From Candidatus Iainarchaeum sp. (GTDB lineage Archaea; Iainarchaeota; Iainarchaeia; Iainarchaeales; VGJJ01): DNA of 32,000 bases. Positions 25,823 through 32,000 of the stretch are shown here, piece by piece (within the stretch, counting starts at the first letter, position 1; each line of letters starts with the position of its first letter). The translations under genes and the position numbers were made by a program. The stretch lies in assembly GCA_030688545.1 (NCBI GenBank), contig JAUYHT010000006.1:330001-362000 (forward strand), written 5' to 3'. The notes beneath the pieces are model-generated. The model worked only from the letters and a program-made list of their open reading frames with translations. It did no database searches and was not told the DNA's origin.

Positions 25823-26464
25823 TCAGGGGCGATGAAGCACGATCGCATACCCGCGCGCTATTTCCTGGAGCACCCCACTCTTTGGGATGAATTCTCCTAG
25901 AATAGGGTCCACGAGGGCAAAAGTCTCACCCCATTTGGTGCGGGGAGCACTCGCTTCCAGGAAGGCCTCATCAGTGGGGGTCATTTCCCCTTCCAATTGG
26001 TCTGAATTGGCCTCGATGACCCGCAGGCGCACCCACAAGTAAGCTTTTCCCCCTTTTCCTAATGCGCGGGCGATGCGGGGAAGAAGGGAGGGAAGGTTCC
26101 CCATCTCATGAAGGGCGCGGAAGCTCAGGATGAGGTCACATTCCAGGGGCAATGGGAGTTCGTGCACGTCTCCCTGTAGAAATTCGTCCGGCGGGTAAAA
26201 GGGGGGCAGGAGGTCTACCCCCATCGTGTGGACGCGGTCCCCGAAATGGGTTTTGAGCTCGTGCAGCACCTGCGCGTTCCCACACCCGATGTCGAGCAAG
26301 CGTATTCTTTTTTTTTCTTTCAATAAATCCTGGATGATTTGAATGAGAGTTTTGGATTCTCCCATGTTTCGGAGGAAGGTGTCATAGAGCGAGAGCGTGT
26401 TGTCCCGCACAATCACGTCCTGCTCATACAATGCCAGGTATTTGGTGGCCTGGGGGGTGGGCAT
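25823..26464 (-). CDS. Class I SAM-dependent methyltransferase
   Basis: 213 aa. Motif I is LLDIGCGNAQVL, and downstream acidic and loop motifs (GVDL, LILSFRALHE) are present. The ATG lies 2 nt after the stop of the upstream DUF2203 gene. The substrate is unknown. Confidence 0.85.
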   Translation of the reverse strand: MPTPQATKYLALYEQDVIVRDNTLSLYDTFLRNMGESKTLIQIIQDLLKEKKRIRLLDIGCGNAQVLHELKTHFGDRVHTMGVDLLPPFYPPDEFLQGDVHELPLPLECDLILSFRALHEMGNLPSLLPRIARALGKGGKAYLWVRLRVIEANSDQLEGEMTPTDEAFLEASAPRTKWGETFALVDPILGEFIPKSGVLQEIARGYAIVLHRP

Positions 26465-26466
26465 AA

Positions 26467-26895
26467 CTATAACAGCGCGCGCTGCTCGTCCGCGAGCCTT
26501 TCCTTGAGCAGGGCGATGGGTTGTCTCCCATTGAACCCAGAGTCTTCATCGTGGAAATAGAGCACTTCGGATTCGTCGTATTGCCAGCAGAGCAATAGGT
26601 CCTTTCCCCCCATTTTGGTGTAGAAATCAACCAGCCCTTGAGAGACGTCCTTCACATAGCAACCCATCCGTGTGAGGGTTTCGAGTTCGGCAAAATATTT
26701 GAATGACAATTCATGATAACGCTTGTTGATGTTGATGGCCAGTATTTGGGCCTTCAGATCAGGGGAGTACGCGTGCACTTTAACCCCCGTGAGGGCGAGG
26801 AGCTCGTCATGAATAGTCATGAGTTTCTCCATGTGGCGTTTCACTTTGGGAAGGATGCGTTCGACTTCCTCAACGGTGAAATAATAACGGGACAT
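26467..26895 (-). CDS. DUF2203-like protein
   Basis: 142 aa from the ATG at 26895 (the track start at 26901 is a TTG). The N-terminus MSRYYFTVEEVERILPKV and LLLCWQYDESEVLYFHDEDSGFNGRQPI resemble DUF2203 as I recall it. Confidence 0.7.
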   Translation of the reverse strand: MSRYYFTVEEVERILPKVKRHMEKLMTIHDELLALTGVKVHAYSPDLKAQILAININKRYHELSFKYFAELETLTRMGCYVKDVSQGLVDFYTKMGGKDLLLCWQYDESEVLYFHDEDSGFNGRQPIALLKERLADEQRALL

Positions 26896-26917
26896 GAACA
26901 AGTAGCGAAGCCACCGT

Positions 26918-26924
26918 TTTTATA
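26918..26924 (-). promoter_or_regulatory. TATA box (minus strand TATAAAA) 22 nt upstream of the DUF2203 ATG
   Basis: Read directly. Confidence 0.42.
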
Positions 26925-27097
26925 GATTCTCTATTAAGGCTTCCCTCGGCGCGCGGGCGGCCATCTGTTTATTATAAAAGAAACGGTCCCCCGCCAATTC
27001 GATGTCGATGCGTCTTGCAATGAGTTTATCCCGGTGGAAGTTTATCGGGATGCCATCCATTTCGTAAAAAGGCTAGTTATTGCAGCAAGAAACCATC

Positions 27098-27994
27098 TCA
27101 TCCCTGCTTTTCATTCGGAATGGTGTCCATAAACCATTTAATCTTCTGCCCCGGGTGTAGGGTGCGCGGGCACTCATCGGCCTTTTCCAACGAGTAGGGC
27201 ACCGGCAGGTGTTTTTTGATGATGGCCACGCGCGTGGCATCCCCATCCCGCGCATCCACGGCATACTGATGCGCCTTGACGAATGCGGCCGGACTCAAAC
27301 CCCCTGTTTTCCAAACTTCGGCGGAGGCGTGGCATATCCCGCATAGGGTACATTGATGGGCGTCCCCCAATTGTCTTATTTCATCTGGAGACATTCTGTA
27401 GCGGCGAATATCCATTTGTTTTCGAGGGACGAGGTGGGAATTTACTTGAGTTAGTTGGTGGAAGAACTCTTTCTCGTCGCACACTAAATCCTTGATTACC
27501 CTCTCCGGGGTCAGGGGGTCGATGCGGATGCTCCCGTTTTGATCGATATGATCCCCTACTTTGATGACGCATCCTAAGACGGGGCGGCCATTCACTCGCA
27601 TCCCGCAGGAACCACAACTGGCGTGTCCACAGTTTGAGCGAAAGGTCAAACTTCCATCCTGGGTGTGTTTGAGTCGCAGAAGGAGTTCCGCGACACTCTC
27701 CCCCTCTTTTGGGGAGATGGCATACTCATGCGTGCGGGGACCGAAATCCATGTGAGGATTATATCGGCTGACCCGCACGAACCAGGTGGAAGGGAATACG
27801 TGTTTGGGGATTCTTTTTGGGGGAGATCGATTGGTTTTCCGGGGGTTAATTAGAGGTTTCCTTTTTTTCAATGGGATATTTTTTTTCTTTTGAATATATT
27901 TTTTCTGTTTTCGAGGGAAAATAGTTTTCCTCGGAGAGGGTTTGCCTTTTGGAATAAGCGTTGATTTCCGTTTCTTTGTTTTAAGTCGGGCCAT
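27098..27994 (-). CDS. Succinate dehydrogenase / fumarate reductase Fe-S subunit-like protein with a polybasic N-terminal extension and no [3Fe-4S] ligands
   Basis: The [2Fe-2S] motif C-x4-C-x2-C-x11-C (CGHASCGSCGMRVNGRPVLGC) and CTLCGIC...ECP are present. The ATG at 27994 lies 1 nt after the flavoprotein stop. The track start at 28021 overlaps the upstream gene by 26 nt. Confidence 0.85.
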   Translation of the reverse strand: MARLKTKKRKSTLIPKGKPSPRKTIFPRKQKKYIQKKKNIPLKKRKPLINPRKTNRSPPKRIPKHVFPSTWFVRVSRYNPHMDFGPRTHEYAISPKEGESVAELLLRLKHTQDGSLTFRSNCGHASCGSCGMRVNGRPVLGCVIKVGDHIDQNGSIRIDPLTPERVIKDLVCDEKEFFHQLTQVNSHLVPRKQMDIRRYRMSPDEIRQLGDAHQCTLCGICHASAEVWKTGGLSPAAFVKAHQYAVDARDGDATRVAIIKKHLPVPYSLEKADECPRTLHPGQKIKWFMDTIPNEKQG

Positions 27995-27995
27995 A

Positions 27996-29735
27996 TTAGT
28001 AATGCCTTCCTTCCGGCGCATAGCCTTTGATCACCACGCTCTTATAGGTTAGCGCCACGCCCTTCCCTTTTTTGGTCGCGAGGGTGTGTTTCAACCATTT
28101 GGCATTGTCCCTCCGGGGATAATCGATACGAGTATGCGTGCCTCGGCTCTCGGTGCGGGCGAGGGCGCTGGCCAATATGGCTTCGGAGATGGAAACCAAA
28201 TGATGAGTCTCGAGAGCCGCGAGGAGATCGGTGTTGTACACAGGGGATTTGTCGTCCACGTGTAATTGTTCAATCTGCGTGCGAATCTTCTCCCAGCCCC
28301 GCATCCCCCGGGAGAGAGACGCGTTACTCCGGTAGATCCCGCAGGTTTGGGTCATTAATTGGGACAATTTTTCCTGAACGTCATAGGATTTGAATCCATG
28401 GGACGTGGTCAAAAACCGGTTAATCCTTTCCCGCGCGCGTTCCAGGTGGATGGAATCATGGGGCTTGAGTGAAGATTTGCGGGTGCGCACCTGGTGACTC
28501 ATTCGCAAACCTGCGATGCGGCCGAATACCAGGCTTTCCAGCACCGTGTTTCCTCCCAATCCATTGGCCCCATGCACGCCCGCGCAGGCCGTTTCCCCGG
28601 CCGCATACAGATGGGGGAGAATTGTGTTACGGGCATCCGTCACGACGCGGGTTTGCAGGTCGATGGGAATACCCCCCATAGTGAGGTGCGCCGCGGGGGA
28701 AACGGGAATATGTTCTTGCGTGCCATCGATATTCAAATGGGTTTTGACCATGTGGATGGTTTCAGGAAGATGCGCTGAAATGGCTTTTTCTCCCATTGGC
28801 CGTGCGTCCAATAATACATGATCATTTTGGGGACCCACTCCCCTTTTGCTCATTATTTCCTTGGCAATCGCCCGGGCGATAATATCCCGGGGCGCCCGTT
28901 CCAGGGCAGTGGGGGCATACCGCTTCATGAAGCGTTCGCCTTTCGCATTGAGCAGGTGCGCCCCTTCTCCGCAGGCCGCCTCCGGGATAACATATCCTTT
29001 TCCATGCATCCCGGTGGGGTGGAATTGGACAAACTCCATGTCTTCCAATGGCAATCCCGCGTTGAAGGCCAATGCGAGCCCATCCCCTGTGCTGGCATTC
29101 GTATTTGTGGTGGGAGAAAAAATCCTTCCCGATCCTCCGGTGGCCAGCATCACCGCGCGGGCATGGGCCTCGATGAGTTTCCCTTTTTGAATGTCCAGGA
29201 GAATGGCTCCTTGGCAACCATTTTCTTCTACAACCAAACCCACACAAAAATAATCCGTGTACATCGTAGGATGGGTCTTCATGAGTTGATCATGCAAGAG
29301 GTGCAGGAGCAGGTGCCCCGTGCGATCCTCCGCGTAATGAGTGCGAGGTTTTTGATGCCCCCCAAGGACGCGTCGGGCCATCTCTCCTTTTTGGGTGCGT
29401 GAAAACGCGAGCCCCCAAGAAGATTCCAGTTCCTTCACTCGGGCGGGGGCCTCTTGGCACATTATTTCGATGGCGTCCTGGTCCCCGAGAAAATCGCCCC
29501 CATAAACGGTGTCATTGAAATGCTTTTTCCAATCATCCTGTGGCCCCATCGCCGCATTGATACCATCACTTGCGTCCGCTACATGAGCGCGCACCGGGTG
29601 GACCTTGGAAACGATTCCCACGTCCATGTTCTGCTGGCGTGCCTCGATCGCCGCCCGTTGTCCGGCGATCCCTGCGCCAATGATGAGGATGTCGTGGGAG
29701 ATGGAGGGCATATCCTCCCGACTAAAACAGCCCAT
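27996..29735 (-). CDS. SdhA/FrdA-family flavoprotein (succinate dehydrogenase / fumarate reductase flavoprotein-like, atypical active site)
   Basis: 579 aa. Contains ILIIGAGIAGQRAA, RAH (covalent-FAD His position), AEDRTGH, DMEFVQFHPTG, APRDIIARAI, AHLTMGGI and ESRGTHTRIDYPRRDNAKWLKHTL. Deviations from consensus are described in the findings. An alternative start is at 29711. Confidence 0.9.
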   Translation of the reverse strand: MGCFSREDMPSISHDILIIGAGIAGQRAAIEARQQNMDVGIVSKVHPVRAHVADASDGINAAMGPQDDWKKHFNDTVYGGDFLGDQDAIEIMCQEAPARVKELESSWGLAFSRTQKGEMARRVLGGHQKPRTHYAEDRTGHLLLHLLHDQLMKTHPTMYTDYFCVGLVVEENGCQGAILLDIQKGKLIEAHARAVMLATGGSGRIFSPTTNTNASTGDGLALAFNAGLPLEDMEFVQFHPTGMHGKGYVIPEAACGEGAHLLNAKGERFMKRYAPTALERAPRDIIARAIAKEIMSKRGVGPQNDHVLLDARPMGEKAISAHLPETIHMVKTHLNIDGTQEHIPVSPAAHLTMGGIPIDLQTRVVTDARNTILPHLYAAGETACAGVHGANGLGGNTVLESLVFGRIAGLRMSHQVRTRKSSLKPHDSIHLERARERINRFLTTSHGFKSYDVQEKLSQLMTQTCGIYRSNASLSRGMRGWEKIRTQIEQLHVDDKSPVYNTDLLAALETHHLVSISEAILASALARTESRGTHTRIDYPRRDNAKWLKHTLATKKGKGVALTYKSVVIKGYAPEGRHY

Positions 29736-30887
29736 TTAAGGCTGTTGGGAAACCATTTCCTGATACATGCGGAGCCATTCCCTGGCGATGGCCTCCTGGC
29801 TGTAGCGCTTCACCCATTTTTTGGCGTTAGTAACCAGTTTTTTCCGCAGGGGGGGATGTTCCATTATTTTTACCACTTTCTCCGCGGCATCCCGAGCATC
29901 CCCATTGGCAAACAATAGTCCCCGCTCGTTTTTCCCCAGAGCCACAGGGATAGCCCGCATGGCGCATCCCACGATGGGAAGGCCGGCGGCCATTGCTTCA
30001 AGAATGTACAATCCTTGCGTCTCCATGGGGGAGGGGGCGAGGAGGACATGATTTCGCTTCACCGCGGTCGCCAATGCTTTCCCGGATTTTGGTCCAATGA
30101 AATGCACATGTTTCCCTAATCCCAAGTCGAATGCTTTCCGTTTCAGGGATGTCTCGGCCGGTCCAGCCCCAATGAGATTCAGAATAAAAGCGGGATCTTT
30201 TTCGCGCAATAGTTTAAGCACCTCGATGGCCACATCGATTCGCTTTTCAAATGAAATTCTTCCGAAATAAACCAGGTTTTTAGTCTTCTTGGGAGGGGTG
30301 GCTTTAGTCGAGGCGAATAGATGGTAATCGATGCCATTGCTGAGCACCCGCACCTTTGAAAACCCATGGAAAATCAATTCATCCGCCAACACCTGAGTGG
30401 GGGTTGAAATGAGATCGCACCGGCCATAGAAGCGCTGGGTGTAAGTCCAAGTGAGTTGCTTCATGATGGGATTATCCTTGAGGAGGGGGAGGGGCACGTA
30501 TTCCAGGAACTCAGATACGAGGGTGTGAAATGTCCCGATGACGGGAATCTTGTTTCGTTGGGCGAGTTTGATCCCCTGATCGGCCACAAAAAAAGGGGTG
30601 TGGATGTGCACTATTTCCGGATTAAAATCTTTGAATTTTTTTTCGGCCTCGTGGGAAAAAGAATAAGCGATGAGGTAATCTGGATAGGTGGGCAATGGTC
30701 GCGCGGGCAACCAAACCACTTCCACGTGTTTAATGGATGGAAATGTTTTCACCTCACCCGCCGGCTTGGGAGCATAGATGAGGAAAGAATGCCCCTGCCG
30801 TGAGAGGACACGGACCATGTTGAGGATGCTCGTGGTGACCCCATTGATTTGGGGCCAGAAGGAGTCGGTGAATATGGCGATGCGCAT
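29736..30887 (-). CDS. Family-4 (GT-B fold) glycosyltransferase
   Basis: MRIAIFTDSFWPQINGVTTS is a typical GT4 N-terminus, and the E-x7-E motif (ETQGLYILE) is present. The track start at 30920 is a GTG that adds 11 aa. The stop abuts the flavoprotein ATG (TAAATG). Confidence 0.88.
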   Translation of the reverse strand: MRIAIFTDSFWPQINGVTTSILNMVRVLSRQGHSFLIYAPKPAGEVKTFPSIKHVEVVWLPARPLPTYPDYLIAYSFSHEAEKKFKDFNPEIVHIHTPFFVADQGIKLAQRNKIPVIGTFHTLVSEFLEYVPLPLLKDNPIMKQLTWTYTQRFYGRCDLISTPTQVLADELIFHGFSKVRVLSNGIDYHLFASTKATPPKKTKNLVYFGRISFEKRIDVAIEVLKLLREKDPAFILNLIGAGPAETSLKRKAFDLGLGKHVHFIGPKSGKALATAVKRNHVLLAPSPMETQGLYILEAMAAGLPIVGCAMRAIPVALGKNERGLLFANGDARDAAEKVVKIMEHPPLRKKLVTNAKKWVKRYSQEAIAREWLRMYQEMVSQQP

Positions 30888-30995
30888 GAGTTGCCTCGTT
30901 GAAAATACTTGTCGATTCACCCAAACCTTCCATTAATTTTATGTGATTGAATGGATATCTACCTCGATTAGGAGTTTATATGACCATAATGTTAG

Positions 30996-31721
30996 TCAAT
31001 CCCGCACGTCCTCGTATTTCTGCGAGGCTCTTCCGGTGAGGTGGTACCGCACCCCATTGAAGAGGTGGAATCCAACGTAGCGCAGGTATCCCCATTTCTT
31101 CACGCGTCGGGCCGAGACGAAATGGTGGAGAAATTGGTCATAGTGCAGATCCCCGTGGTGTCGGGCGCGCTTACCCAGATCCAGGTCCTCGCACGTGATG
31201 TAGGCGGTGTTGAATCCCCCGATTTTCTCGAATACTTCCCGGCGGATGGCGATGTTGCTTCCGATGGGGTTGTGCATGCGCAGGAAGCTCATGACCCGCA
31301 GGAATTTGGGCATGAAGAAAGTGGAGAGGAATTGTTCCTGTTTGGACACATCGGAATAAAACACGGGGCCGTAGATCATGGAGACGGATGGATTTTTTTG
31401 GAATGTCTCACATATCTTCCTGGCCCAATCCCTCGGGGCGCGCGAATCCGCATCGGTGAAAGCGATGATGTTCCCTTCCGCCACCCCCGCGCCGGCCTGG
31501 CGCTCATATGCGATGCTGCGATTTTTTTCCACGACCACCTTGTCCGCCAGAGGACGTGCCAATGCTACTGTTTTATCCTCGGAATTCCCGTCCGCCACGA
31601 TAATTTCATAATTCCCTTGGAAATCCTGGTCGCGCAGGGAATTAAGACAAGTCGCGATGTTCTTCTCCTCATTGAGAGTGCATACGACGATGGAAAGGGC
31701 AATGGGTTGAGGAGCAACCAT
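30996..31721 (-). CDS. Family-2 glycosyltransferase
   Basis: 241 aa. Contains LSIVVCTLNEEKNI, IIVADGNSEDKT and the DxD motif FTDADS. Confidence 0.88.
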   Translation of the reverse strand: MVAPQPIALSIVVCTLNEEKNIATCLNSLRDQDFQGNYEIIVADGNSEDKTVALARPLADKVVVEKNRSIAYERQAGAGVAEGNIIAFTDADSRAPRDWARKICETFQKNPSVSMIYGPVFYSDVSKQEQFLSTFFMPKFLRVMSFLRMHNPIGSNIAIRREVFEKIGGFNTAYITCEDLDLGKRARHHGDLHYDQFLHHFVSARRVKKWGYLRYVGFHLFNGVRYHLTGRASQKYEDVRD

Positions 31722-31744
31722 ACCTATTGGAAGAGAGCGTGGAA

Positions 31745-31752
31745 ATATTAAA
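31745..31752 (-). promoter_or_regulatory. TATA box (minus strand TTTAATAT) 23 nt upstream of the GT2 ATG at 31721
   Basis: Read directly. Confidence 0.4.
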
Positions 31753-31852
31753 GTGATAGTGAGGGATCAGAAATTGGGCAAACCCAACCTCCTAATCCAT
31801 CCTTTCGACTCCAAGACAGGTTGAACAGATGAGTTGAAAATTTCAGTGGCCA

Positions 31853-31999
31853 CTAGGCGAATAGCAGTTTGAGGTAGAATCCGGGCGAGATGAAGTTTTT
31901 CCGTGCTTCCTCGTTCACGAGCATGCCCGAGATGGTGTCGCGGATCTCTTTGCTCTTGGCGGCCTTCCCTATGACCAGGTTGAGCAGCCATTGGTGGCG
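31853..31999 (-). CDS. 3' end of a CDS whose start lies beyond the right edge (last 48 codons plus stop); function unknown
   Basis: Hand translation gives ...RHQWLLNLVIGKAAKSKEIRDTISGMLVNEEARKNFISPGFYLKLLFA*. This is far more protein-like than the Arg/His-rich 74-aa track ORF in the other frame. The tail vaguely resembles FAD-oxidoreductase / GGR-family C-termini, but I cannot support that. Confidence 0.45.
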   Translation of the reverse strand, partial: RHQWLLNLVIGKAAKSKEIRDTISGMLVNEEARKNFISPGFYLKLLFA

Positions 32000-32000
32000 G

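Noticed and set aside
31767-31991. 74-aa minus-strand ORF from the track (MAAQPGHREGRQEQRDPRHH...)
   Set aside because: Its composition is Arg/His/Gly-rich and unlike a real protein. The alternative minus-strand frame, open to the window edge, gives a normal-looking C-terminus ending at 31853, so I annotated that instead.

Overview
This is an archaeal chromosome segment; every information-processing gene in it is of the archaeal type. The left about 17 kb, all on the minus strand, is the conserved RNA polymerase, ribosomal protein and elongation factor supercluster. Read 5'->3' on that strand the order is rpoH, rpoB'' (split), rpoB', rpoA', rpoA'', eL30, uS12, uS7, EF-2, EF-1alpha, uS10. A small membrane protein gene and a truncated lemA follow at the left edge.

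The supercluster is interrupted in three ways:
- An opposite-strand, AT-richer AbrB/MazE-MazF toxin-antitoxin pair is wedged between rpoA'' and eL30.
- A self-contained gene for a 550-aa secreted, cysteine-rich repeat protein sits between EF-2 and EF-1alpha.
- The nusA gene that normally lies between eL30 and uS12 is missing.

The right about 15 kb is accessory metabolism. It contains an MscS channel and an AT-rich orphan gene pair. It also holds a carotenoid island: GT2, split lycopene cyclase crtYc/crtYd, an overlapping basic coiled-coil ORF, crtI, crtB and a geranylgeranyl reductase. Then come Fe/Mn superoxide dismutase, a DUF2203 plus methyltransferase pair, and an operon of GT2, GT4, an SdhA-like flavoprotein and an SdhB-like Fe-S protein.

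The SdhAB-like pair is the most unusual item:
- The flavoprotein is otherwise canonical but lacks three near-invariant dicarboxylate-site residues.
- The Fe-S subunit has no [3Fe-4S] ligands and carries a roughly 70-aa Lys/Arg/Pro N-terminal extension.
- No membrane-anchor genes are present, and the pair is stop/start-coupled to a glycosyltransferase.

I found no rRNA, tRNA, CRISPR array or transposase. A recurring TATA-like box 21-24 nt upstream of the ATG suggests leaderless transcripts for many stand-alone genes, while operon-internal genes carry GGAGG-type Shine-Dalgarno sites. All family assignments come from reading motifs in the supplied translations, not from database searches.
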